Of a stretch of DNA of 64,000 bases, positions 36,165 to 48,330 are shown in pieces; the first letter of the stretch is position 1, and every line of letters starts with the position of its first letter. The stretch is from Prorocentrum cordatum (lineage: Eukaryota). The notes under the pieces were generated by a model. The model had not been told where the DNA came from. It saw only the letters and a program-made list of their open reading frames with translations, and ran no database searches. Made by a program: the position numbers and the translations under genes. The DNA lies in contig CAUYUJ010000237.1 of the NCBI GenBank assembly GCA_963575745.1, positions 124,001-188,000 of the forward strand, read 5' to 3'.

Positions 36165-37218
36165 CACGACATTGAGGCACGTCACCTGGAACCAACGCAA
36201 GCGCCGAGCTGTGAAGCCGAGAACTCAAGCGGATAAGGAACAGGTTCAGCACCCGGGCGCACTGAAAGTCCCGATTAGCATCCTGATGAAGAAGATGACC
36301 AACCCCACATTGGCCCCTTCTCTGCCGACGACTCTGTTGGCCGCCTACCCCTGTAGACACCTAACAAACTGATCGTGTGAATTCGGCATGCACGAGATCA
36401 TCGTGATGCCTTCCATCAGCTCGACGACGCGGAGCCCCGCGCCTCTGGCCCTGCCGCTCCTGGGAACAGGAACGGCTTCTTCGTGCACGTATACAGCCCG
36501 CTGCCCTTTCGTCAGCATGCGGGAGCCCAGGCGGACAGCCCACACACCTTCCATATGGTTCCACTCGGGCACAGCAGCCAGGAGCTGCCCCGCGCCGGTG
36601 AACATCCACTGCGGCAGAGCTGGGAACCTCTGCCGCGCCGGTACCTTCTCCTGAGCCTTGGCCTTCACCAGGTCCTGCACCATTTTCTCGATGGACTCCT
36701 CGACGCGCAGGCCGGGCACCTTGCCACTCAGCTCCATCTCATCATCGTCGTCGTCGCCCGCCAGAGACGGCGGCAACCACTCGTCCTCCTCCACCTCCAC
36801 CTTCGGTCCGGACGCCGTCGTCGCCAGGTCGCCCCCGCGGCCCTGCTCCTCCGGCTCCAGCCTCCGCCTCTTCTCGTCATCGTCGCCCGCCTGGCGCGCC
36901 GCCGCGGCCAGGTCCTTCTTCTTCCGCCTCTTCCGCTGCCGCCGTGCCGAACCGGCGGCGGCAGGCTCAGGGGCACCCCGCGCTGGACCATTGCCACACC
37001 GCGTCGCCACCATGAACGAGGTGGCCACGGCCCGCAGCAGCGGCGGCTGCGACGGTCCGGCGCGGGGCGCCAGCCTGTACAGCTGCGCGGACGGCCGCCT
37101 CCACGAGGGAAGCCGCCACCGCACCGCCGCTGGCATCCGCCATCCCGCGCGCGCCGCCGGAGGGGGGGCCCGGCGCGCACTTTCGCAGACTGTGCTTGAG
37201 CCAAAATGGCTTGAGCCA
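36165..37218 (-). pseudogene. SL-capped retroposed copy of the LVEAAVR..GAPRRTVAA ORF family (frameshifted)
   Basis: Relict SL at the 5' end; 37107-37033 encodes LVEAAVRAAVQAGAPRRTVAAAAAA, then shifts into ORF 37136-36345 (RRQRKRRKKK, then an acidic tract); intronless and embedded in satellite. Confidence 0.75.
37195..37218 (-). other. Tandem relict dinoflagellate spliced leader (DinoSL)
   Basis: Minus strand reads TGGCTCAAGCCATTTTGGCTCAAG; the last 16 nt equal the 3' end of DinoSL DCCGTAGCCATTTTGGCTCAAG. Confidence 0.9.
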
Positions 37219-38158
37219 GAGGCCTCTCGGAGGCCTTTCGATACATCTGGAGATGCTCTAGGGTTGTCTTTGAAACCTTCAGGGCCGTTTGAGGCACTTC
37301 CTGAGCGCCCTTCAGGTCGTCTTTGGGGCCTTCGGGGGCTTCCTGGGCCGTCTAAGGTATCTTTAAGATCCTCTTAGACGAATCTTGGGGGCCTCTTGGG
37401 ATGTCTTGGCGGCCCCATTGTAAGCGTCTTGGTGGCCTCGGGGGCCCTCTTGGGAGCATATAGGGAGCAAGAGGCGGGTTCTGGCGGAACGCCTCGGTCT
37501 TCTGGGACTCCTTTTTCGGGCACGCATTTCCGAACGAAGCAATACATATGTTCGACAATGGGTTCCTCGCATAGGCGTCTTCGGTCAAAGCGATGAAACA
37601 AACAACTGAGAATCCAGATTTCCGCCGAAGCTGGGGCCACGGTGAGAGGGTGGATGAAGAGGTCAGCCCTTCCCGCGAAGGCTCAAAGGCAGGAGCCTGG
37701 GACACGACCCTGGGTCACCTTCAGCCCAAAGGGCTGGTGCGATTCTGTTCTGGAGCGACCTTGGCTGCAACCAGAACTTGTTGGCTCGAGAGGGCGGCCT
37801 CGCGCACCGCGAATGCACGGCTGCTCCGAACCAGCGCCCCCGACGAGGCGCCAGCGGCCCAAGGTCGCAGGCGCGGCCCCGCCGCGCTTCATCGACAGCA
37901 GGCGCCGGACATCTGGGGCGCTCCACGGCGGCGGGTGCGCCGGCGGATCCGTGCCCCCGCCATCTCCGTATCCGCGCCCATGCCGCATTGCGGTCTGGGT
38001 TCCGAGGCGCGAGCCCATGGACACGTGGCGCTCGGGGCCTGCGCGCGAGGCCGCGGTGTGCCCCTGGGGATGCGGGCCCAGGAGTCTTGACCGCGAGGCC
38101 GCGGATGTGGACACGCTTCCCGCCCACGACTCAAGCAGTGCCGAAGCGTCCTGGCGTG

Positions 38159-38335
38159 CCTATAGGCCTACCAAACAATGTTCGAAGAACCTTTTTGTGG
38201 CTTCCACGAAATGTTCTTAGAACGCTGCTGACTGGGACTGTCTTGTTTTATCACATCGTTTTTTCTTGCAAGCAAATTGTTCTTGCTCTTGGAACATTTT
38301 TGGGTTCTGAGAACATGTCGTGGTAGGCCTATAGG
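38159..38335. mobile_element. AT-rich MITE with ~30-bp TIRs ending in palindromic cctatagg
   Basis: cctataggcctaccaaacaatgttcgaagaacc / ggttctgagaacatgtcgtggtaggcctatagg. Confidence 0.8.
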
Positions 38336-38674
38336 ATGCTGGGACGGTCGGTCCCTGCTCAAACGACGGGTGGTTGCTCCGAGGGGGCTTGGGCCAGACG
38401 GCGAGATCGACGCTTGGACGCTCTTGTTCGCGGATCCGCAGGTCACATTACATCTACGGCGGGCCTTGTCTGTCGAATGAGTCAAAACATTTTCCCCCAA
38501 GAGGTGCTAGCATTTAGGGTTTCTTCGGAGGCTGGGGGTGAGATCGAAGTGGGACGGAGAGCCCCCCACTGGGAAATCGGCGAGTGGGCGGGCGAGAAGA
38601 ATGATTCCGCTGTGGCTAGGGCGGGTCAAGATAGAAGACCGCCCCTCCAGTGGGCCGGCGTGGCCGGGGGGGGG

Positions 38675-39440
38675 GTCCCGCCGTGGTGTCCCGCCGTGGA
38701 GTCCCGTCGGTGTCCCCTCGGTGTCCTCGGACGGTGGCCAAGGGTGTCCCGCCGTGGTGTCCCGTCGGTGGTGTCCCGCCGTGGTGTCCCGTCGGTGTCC
38801 CGTCGGTGTTCCGTCGGTGTCCCGTCGGTGTCCGATTGGTGTCCCATCGGTGTCCCGATCGGTGTCCCGTCGGTGTCCCGTCGGTGTCCCGATTGGTGTC
38901 CCGTCGGTGCCCCGTCGGAGTCTCGTCAGTGTCCCGTCGGGGTCCCATCGGTGTCCCGTCGGTGTCCCGTCGGTGTCCCGTTGGTGTTCCGTCAGTGTCT
39001 CGCTGGTGTCCCGCCGTCGGTGCCCCGCGGTGTCCCGATTGGTGTCCCGATTGGTGTCCCGATTGATGTCCCGTCGGTGTCCCGATTGGTGTCTCGATTG
39101 GGATGGTGCCCTGGTGGTGTTTCGATTGGTGTCTCGATGCTGTCCCAGTGGTGTCCGGTCTGTGTCCCGCCGTCGGTGTCCTGTCGGTGTCCGGTCTTTG
39201 TCCGATTGGTGCCCCGATTGGTGTCCTGATAGTGCCCCGGTGGTGTTTCGATGGGGTCTCGTTGCTGTCCCGGTGGTGTCCCGATAGGTGCCCCGATTGG
39301 TGTTCCGATGTTGTCCTGGTGGTGCACTGGTGTTGTACTGGTTGGCGTTCCGATTGGTATCCCGATGGTGCCCCTGTGGTGTCCTGATTGTGCCCCGATG
39401 GTGTCCCGATGGTATGGCGGTGCCCCGATGGTGCCCCGAT
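38675..39440 (+). repeat. 11-12-bp minisatellite (ggtgtcccgtc / ggtgtcccgatt)
   Basis: Dozens of tandem degenerate units read directly. Confidence 0.95.
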
Positions 39441-40379
39441 CGTATCGCTTCCAGGATAGCCAGTGAGATCGATAGTCAGATTTGGGTGGTGAAATCCAAG
39501 AGAAACATATAGACACCACACGGTTCACCACGACTCGGCACGGGGTCGATAATGCGAGATCGATGAAACGAAATTGATAACGACATGGGTGAAATGAGAT
39601 CGGGAAATTGAAATCGAGTGGTCGAATTCGATGGGGACATCGACCTCTCAGCCACGGGATCAATAGCGAGATCGACAGATGGATGTCGACGTGCGACTCA
39701 CAGTCAGATCGGCATCGGGGTCGATACAACCAGGCTCTGCCTGGCGAACTCACTTAGTGCCAAAAGCGCCCCAGGGCCAAATACATGCCACCAGTCTTCT
39801 GGCTTGTCTTCTCCTCTCTTTTCTTTTTCCCTCTGCCTCATTCCTCGCCTTCTGTCCTGCTCTCCCAGTCCTTGCATCCTTCTCCTTCACTTCTTGTCTC
39901 CTGGCCCTCGGAGGCCGCGCGGCCCGAGACGCCTCCAGACGGCCCGAGAGGTCCGCAGTATGTTGCAGACGGCCCAACAGGACCACAAAGCGACCCAAGG
40001 TGACGAATGATGCCCCCTCCTCCTCCTCCTCCTCCTCGTCCTCCTCCTCCTCCTCCTCCTCCTCCTCAATGGGCCCCGGGTGTGGCGTTGTCTTTGCTCA
40101 CGTGTGTTGGGCGATGGCGCGTGACCCCTCTATCATGGGGGAGTCCACACCGTGCGGCGAGTCCGATCGTGCAGACGTGCATCGCGCAGCGTGGTGGATT
40201 TGTGATTGCCGTGCATGTGAACCTGCGCCCTGTCCCATGGCCCAGCGGCTTGTTTACTTGATTCGGCGGTCTGCCCTCCTCTCCCTCTCAGCGCCTGGAA
40301 CAGCGAGAGGTATTGTCAATGCCATGGGCATCAGGGGCAAACCTGTTACCCTCGACCAAGTGAATTTCAAAAGCGGGTT

Positions 40380-41240
40380 GCACAACTTACTAAAATTAGT
40401 TGATGCATTGCGTATGGGTGGCATTGCGTGCGCAGTATTTGTCGTCGCTCCCTCTCCAATATCGGTCATCATGGTACTTCCGAGTCGCGCTGGCTCAGAC
40501 CGCGTTTCGCCTTGCTTCGACATAGAAGGGCACGACGTTGACGGGGCGAATAGGAGGCGACATCGAAGGAGCACGTCAACAACTTTGATGATCATTGTGT
40601 CGAGAGTTGGCCGCGCGGAATGGATGCGCGGGCGAGCCGACCTGCAAGAATTTGTTAGTTGCCTCGGCCCGCGCACATCTCGACTGTCAACTTAGAGCAA
40701 CTAGTGGTCGCGGTAGCGTTCCGCATTGATTGTTCTCACTCCACAGTGACCCGTAGTTGTTCAAACAGTTGTTCGTTTTGAAATGGCAACATTCGTTTCT
40801 GCATTTAAAGAAGCAACAGCTGTTTGACAACTACGGGCGCATCTGGTGTGTCATAAAACAGTCCGACGCTCCTGATGGCCGTAGATGCTGTGCGTTTAGA
40901 ATAGGAGCGGCCCTGGTGGCACTGCTGCGTATCAAGTCATGTCGGCTCAGCTCCCGTGGGTGGGTGGCGTCGGCGCGAACGGCAGCCTGTAACATAATAT
41001 GATATCCGCTATCCCGCTCGGATACATGAATGGAGAGACTGAGGCATAATGCGTGCGAGGTGAGACATAAACAATTAATACATTTGATACTCTGCGTGTG
41101 GATGGCAGTGCGTGCGAAGTACTTGTTGGCGCTCCCTCTCGAATGTGGCCACCGTGGAACTTCCGAGTCGCGCTGGCTCCGACCGCGCTTCGCCTTGCTT
41201 CGATATTGACGGGGACGCCTGGGACGGGGCGATAAGGGGG
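40380..41240. repeat. Diverged direct repeat (~40380-40555 and ~41065-41240)
   Basis: Shared core acttccgagtcgcgctggctc(a/c)gaccgcg(t/c)ttcgccttgcttcga, ~684 bp apart. Confidence 0.75.
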
Positions 41241-41614
41241 CGACATTGCGGCTAATTTTAAGGCTTGTTTCAAGGCTCCTTCTCGGTGCGGCAGCGACGA
41301 GGGAACAGCGGCGAGGGAGCGGTGGCAGCGGCAGCAGGAGCTCCTATCGGTGCTTCCCCGTTCCCCCTTTCCTTCTTCTCTCCCGCCTGTAGCCGTTTTT
41401 GTCCAAGCCCTCCGCCGTTGTGGGGCCGTTTGCTTCTCGCCAGCCGACCTCCTCCCCATGCGCCCCTCTTAGACCAGCACTCCGCCTCACCTCGCCCGAG
41501 ACCGAACTTGTTTCAATCGCGCGCTCCTGACGCTTTTGTCACTCGCGATCTCACGTTGCATCGGCATCGCTTTAGGTATAGTCCTACCGTGCTGCCTGTC
41601 GCGCGCTGGCAGTT

Positions 41615-42150
<536 letters not shown>

Positions 42151-42814
42151 AAGGACGAGGAGGAAGGGAGAATGGGGAAGGGCGTTCCAGGCCCGCCCGC
42201 GGAGTCCCAGGGATCTGAGTGTGGATCCGGAGGCCGAGGCCTGGGTAGGACGGTCAGCCGTGAGATCCCCTGGCGCACTGAAAAGAGTGGGCCTCGTCGT
42301 CGCCCTCCTCCTCCTCCTCCTCCTCCTCCTCCTCCTGCTCCCTCCTCATCCTGCTTCTCCTTCTCCATATATTTCCTCTTCTCCCTGCTCATTCCTCCTC
42401 TTGTTTCCTCCCTCCCCCTCGTCGCCCTCCTCCCCCTCCATCATCACTCTCCCGCCCTCCTTCCCTCCACCTCCCTCCTCCCCCGATGCCACTGAAGCTC
42501 AACACTCGATACATACATTGGGCCAGGCCGTGGTTCACGACGCGGGGATACCTCACACGCACTTTCGATGACCATGGTGTCCAAGGTGGGAGGAGGGAGG
42601 GAGGAGGAGGAGGGGGAGGTAGGATGATGAGGATGAGGATGAGGAGGAGGTGAAGGAAGAGGAGAGGAGGGAGGAGGAAGAGGCGGAGGAGGAGGTGGAA
42701 GAGGAGAAGTGGAGGATGAAGAGGTACAGGAGGAGGAGGAGGAGGAGGAGGAGGAGGAGGAGGAGGAGGAGGAGAAGGAAGGGGAGAGGACGGAAAGAGG
42801 AGGAGGAGGCCGAG

Positions 42815-43650
42815 GTCGCTTCCGTCCTGGCCTGCCTCTCGGTCGCGCGGGCCCTCGCGGGCAACCAGGCTCAGGATGCGGGGCGGTCCGTGGCCAGCGC
42901 CGGGAGGGCCGCCTGCGACTGCCTGGAGTTCGCGGCGGTCTATTACGACAACCTCGCCTCCTGCGGCCGCGCCAGGGAGCTGTACTTCCTCACCAAGTAC
43001 GGCGCCTCCGAGGCTTATGCCCCCACGGAGCCCATCGCGGGCCTGCCGCACCAGGTCTGCAACAACTTCTTCAAGAACCTGAAGAACAACTCCTGCGTCA
43101 ACGTCGACATGTTCTCCTTCCCGAGCGAGACGAGCGATGCCAGCGCGGGCCAGTCGTGGTGCTACGTGTCCAACGAGTGCCTCAGCCTGAACGGTGGCAC
43201 CTTCGCAACCAACACGCTCGGCTTCGCGATGGGCGGGTGGAACAATCTCCAGAGCACGAGCAACTTGTCTTGGAAGGTCTGCGACAGCAGCTCGGACTCC
43301 ATCTTGAAGGACAAGACGATGGACGAGCTGATTGCGATCGGCAGCGAGAGTGACGTCAGCATGGCTACGCTGCTGCGGTACGCATACCCGGCCGTGTCCA
43401 TCACCTGGGGCGAGGCGAGGGAGTTCTTGGAGACCCTCAACGATGCTGACCACTGGAACGATGGGCTCTCGCTCGCCGATAACGTCAATGCCATTGCGTC
43501 GCCGCCCGCCACATGGGGCACCAGGCTCCCCTTTGTGCACACGACGCTCAGCGGCATAGTCACGTCCGAGCAGGGCACGATCCTCGACTCGCCAGGGCAC
43601 AGGGACGAATTCCACGTAGTCGTTGGCCGCGAGGTGTGGGAAGTGAAGAG
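42815..43650 (+). CDS. Large exon of a probable secreted cysteine-rich protein (unknown family); 3' end uncertain (43650-43711)
   Basis: Starts at gag|gtc with hydrophobic VASVLACLSVARALAG (signal-peptide-like). About 280 stop-free, complex codons with strong GC3 bias; 8 Cys including CDC and WCYV. The upstream poly-E/R of ORF 42650 is microsatellite. Confidence 0.82.
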
Positions 43651-44376
43651 GACTGCGCAGCAGTCGATCGGGCGGTCGGTCACGAGGTCCCCGGAGGCCC
43701 CCAGAGGTTAGGGGATTTCCTTGGGTCTCCCACGGGGTCCCGGGGGGGTTCCCCAGAGGTCTCCGGAGGGGACGGCCAGGAGAGCGCTCAAGGGCTTTGG
43801 GCTATCTGGGCCGATTGGATCATGATCAGGACACGAAGGAGTGTGGTGGAGGAGGGTCGTGGAGCAGGAAGAGTACGGAGGACGAGGAGGAGGAGGAGGA
43901 GGAGGAGGAGGAGGAGGAGGAGAGGGATGATATTCTACCGAAGTTCCATGTGTTTGGCCCATGGCTTGTTTTTTAGGTTGATGGGGTATGCCTTGTCGCC
44001 ACGGATAGATTCCTCTCGCAATCATTCTCGCAGTGTACGGACAAAGTCTGGAGGTCGACTTGGGGAGGAGTGAAGAGGAAGAAGCAGGAAGGGGAGGGAG
44101 GAGGAAGAGGGAATAGGAGGATCCAGGATCGACGAGGGCAACATGGCCTACCTTGCCGGCAAGTTCTACCGTGAGTTCGACGTGATCTGTCGCTTCGGCT
44201 GCTCCTCGACGGCGAGGGAGGCCCCCCTCGACTTGCTCACGCAGTGAGGTGGTGTGAGCCAAGACCGAGCTAGGAGCTAAGGCCGCCGCTGGCCCCCTTT
44301 TGGCCGACACCCTCTCTGCCCCTCCCCTCGTGCCCCCAATCACTCCCCTCCGCCTCCTCCTCCTCGTCGTCATCAG

Positions 44377-44465
<89 letters not shown>

Positions 44466-44527
44466 GCATCAGCATCAGCATCATCATCAGCATCATCATC
44501 AGCATCATCATCATCTTCACCACCACC

Positions 44528-44560
<33 letters not shown>

Positions 44561-44565
44561 GTCAC

Positions 44566-44613
<48 letters not shown>

Positions 44614-44649
44614 TTGTTGGTTGACGTTGCACGGACATGAATATAGGAT

Positions 44650-47600
44650 CGTTGCGTTCTGGGTGGGGAAAATGTAACGGAAACCGATTTCGGCCGACAG
44701 CAGACTAATTAAGCCTGGCGGGCGCAGCAGAAACGACAATGCAAATAGCATCGGAAAAGGTAAACAAGGGCCCTAAAGGCCATAGAGTATGCGCCCGCCA
44801 GGCCGAGAGTGAGTTATATACGCGTGCAACAGATTAGCTTACACTTTGTTCTCTAGTGGTGCCGGGCAGCCAGTGCAGAGTGAGGCTCGCCCATTCCCAC
44901 ATGGAGACCTCCTAGTCCCCTACCCGCCCCCGCCCTCATTTCAAGGATGGCAGCAAAGATAGCGTGAACAAACATAGAGTAGGCGGCGCATGCTAGAGGT
45001 CAAGAGGAATAGTGTCTGTGAACGACGTGTCAAAAAGGCCGTGAACATAAGACATTCGTATCACAGAAGTGGGTGATGCACTGCAAAGAAAAAGGCTGAC
45101 ACAGACGTAGTGGCCGTCCTAATCAATGGCGTCTCTGAGGGCTGGTACAGGCGCGATGAACGCCCTAGGGTAGCTGGCTGTGTACTATTAGGCTGGCGCA
45201 ATTAGTGCTGGCTGGCCTCCTGTCTGAGCGCGGTACCCCCTCCACCAACCCCAGTCACCACGGCAAGCTTCCTGTCATCTCCCACAAGCGCAGGGATAGC
45301 AAGCGCAGGCATAATAAGAGGCGGTATAACTTGCAAGTAACGGAGAGTGAAAAACGATGAGTGGTGCATGGCATGAGCTTGGCCGCGCCCTCCACTAGGG
45401 TCGCGCCAGGGTGCAACCCGGGAAGTCGAATTATACGATGTCGTAGTGTGTGGTGCTCGACCTTCTAACCTAGGGGAGCAGCACGGGCAGCCTCGGGGGG
45501 CTTGCACAGTGGCTACAGGCGCGGTTGGGAAACAACATGCTTTGGTACAGGCATACGGGTAACGTAGCTAAAATCAAGATGCGGTCAAAGAGACACGGAG
45601 GCTGCGAGAAGCAAAATGGTGTATACAGGCTATTGCTGAGTTGGTGGGCCACTCCCTGTCGCGCAGGGGGATCCGATAACTGCCGAAAGAACATGTCCCT
45701 CCCAGTATCATCGTACCCAAGACTTCATTCTGACTCCAAATAGTAGGTGCAGGTACGCCGTAAGATAGCGGGAGCGCGCTGGAGGTGCAAAAAGGCGGTG
45801 GAAACATAGCAGGACGCATAACAGAGAGCGAGATTGCGTTATTCAAGATAAGAGGTGTAAGGTACAGAGCGCAAATGTGATGGCAAAACGGCTGATAGGC
45901 TGACAGTGTGTTTCAAATGCTCTTGTTGATGCGGAATCTCGCATCCCCCACACGGCCCATCAGCAAGCATCAACGACCCGGGAGGAGGAATAGGGGGCAG
46001 GCGCCGTACCGATCTAGTGCTATAGCGAGGAGCATTCGCCAGGCATCCGCACGCGGTCACCAGGCCCAATTCCCCCCCCGCCTTTTCCAAGTCACCAGCG
46101 GGGGAATGCGCCCGTGCGGGCGGAGAGGCCACACATTTATGGTAGACCATCCTGTTCCTGAGGGGCACTGGGCACGCCTTCGGGTTTACGTGGCCGGAAC
46201 CAAGAAGGCAGCGGCCGCACGCGACGTTGATTTACCCACCCCCGAGGAGCTTCGAGAGCACACCGCAGCCGTCGCTACCGCTGTGCTCGAGGATCTGTAA
46301 GTATGGGTCGATCTCAATTGCTTCTCACGGCGCCCGCGCCGTGGAGCACGCGACATCCTTGACTGCAGGTGGGCAGGCAAATTGGAATTCGCACGGAGCA
46401 AAGCAGGCCCATCTCAGAAATTCCGGACTATCCGCATGAGGTTGACTTTCCGAGGTTTCAAGGACGCCAACGCCGATCTCATCGCCATTTACGCAGGCAC
46501 CTCATCACGGCCCAGCGCGCGATCGTGTTCGAGGCTGCCTGCCGAGAACGGACGATCGATGCGCAGGACGTCGAGAAGGCCTTCCTGGAAGGCACCCGCT
46601 ACCCGATGCTTGCGGAGACAACGAGTGAGGAGGAGGAGCGCAATGTAAATGTTGAACTTTCCTTCGACGGCGTCGCAGTCCTGCGCGCCGTAAAAGGGGC
46701 GCGGAGATTTCGACCCAGCGCTTGACGTTCTCCGCGTGGAGAGCCAGGCACTGGGTGCAAGGGCGCCCCGAGATGCCGGTCAATCTTACTCATGCACCGA
46801 GCAATCCCTACACTATGCGACAACGAGTTCATCGCCGAGCGCAAGGATGGCGAGTTCGCCCCACTGACAACCAAGCTCGTCGACGACATCAAGGTAGCGG
46901 GACCACTGCACAAAAAATGCGCGTCAGTTCCTGGAGAATTCCTTCGGTAAAGGTGAGCTGTATATCGGTGAAAAGACCATCGCGCGCCGCAGGGCGCGCC
47001 CCTCTCCCGCGCGCGACGGCGGATGTGAGCTGGGCCAGATCGAGAGTATTCAGGCCTATGAATCCTATTGGACGAATTGTGCTAGTTGGCAGATTCAACT
47101 CCGAGCTCACCTTCGAAGGCTAGACCAAGATGTACCTCGGCTCGCTTCTGGCACTAGCCGTCGCGCTCGTCACGCGAATCGATCCGCGCGTCTACGCGGG
47201 CGCTCTTCAGCGCCGCGCAGAGGCGCCAACGCGCGGCCACATGCGAAAGCTCAACGCGCTTGCAAGATGCGCGCAGGCCGGGCCTTGACGGGCCCACAAT
47301 CCACCTGCGCGCTACGCGCGCAAGCTCGAAGCACACAGCGACGCAGCATTCAGCAAAGAGCAGAAGGAAAGCGCAGACGCGGGGCGGGCCTCGCGAGGAG
47401 CCACCTTCCCGCGCGCGGGCGCAGGCGACACGGATGCTCGACGAGCGTTCGTCGGCAAGCGACCGTGTCGCGCGCTCGACCGGCAGCGCGGCGCGCTCAT
47501 CACAGTTGCGCGAAGGATTGTGCATGCGGGCTGATGGCTGCGATCGGCCCGACAGATCACGGCTTCGCCCTTGCCAGCGCGCCCCGCGAAGTGCCCCGGG

Positions 47601-48330
47601 GACTTCGGGGCCCTGTTGCTGCGCGCCGCCAGCGAGATCTGAGAGAATCAGCAGCCGCTCGCACGCCCACTGAGCATTGCGGTGTAGGTGTCGCACCCGA
47701 TCAGGAGGAGCACGCACCCCAGCTGGGAGATCGAGCAGGCTCTCGGGCCGAGGACGGGTAGAACGCGACCGGGGCAAGCAATCTAGACCCCGCCGCATTG
47801 GCCATGATGACCAGCATTCATCCGCGTTGGGAGAGGGCCCGCATTTGAAGGCAAATTCCGCGCCAGCTGCCGCCCCCCCCCCCCAGCGGGCCACCCTGGG
47901 CCCCAGGCGCGCTAGGAGTGCAGAAGCACATATTGTGGACAGCTAGATGAGAACACTAGGAGCCCACAGGGGGGCGGAGACCACTGGCAACCGCGCGCGC
48001 ATATGGCGGGCGGCCACGGCAGCTGCGTCGCAACTGACGCCGACTTTTGGCAGCGAGCCTTTGTCGACGCACCACTAGGCTGAAAGATGCGCGGGGCCGG
48101 GCTAGAGCGCGGGTTGCAGCCCCACCTGGCGCTGACCGCGCACTGCAAATTGAGTCGCGCCTCGATTTAAAGCGGGCGGTCGCGGCCGTCGCGGCCGCGA
48201 GAACCTAGCTCCTCTTTTGGGGAGACACACGAGATATGACCGCGGATGGACTGACTAAGGGCAGCATGGGTGGATCTGCCCTCCGCGACGTGGCCTGCGG
48301 CTCTCGCCCGCGGTCGCGCGCGCCAGCGCA
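44650..48330 (+). mobile_element. Decayed Ty1/copia-type retrotransposon pol (RT-RNase H; probable integrase remnant upstream)
   Basis: Ordered motifs across frameshifts: ILDCRW, IRMRLTFRGFKD, DVEKAFL (46567), LVDDIKVAG (46876), HSDAAF (47334), RVARST, DTRDMTADGLTKG (48224). 5' boundary approximate; LTRs not identified. Confidence 0.85.

Noticed and set aside
40380..40450. Merlin/ISXO2 transposase HTQxI motif
   Set aside because: The upstream VNHS and DDE motifs are not visible; a short match is insufficient.
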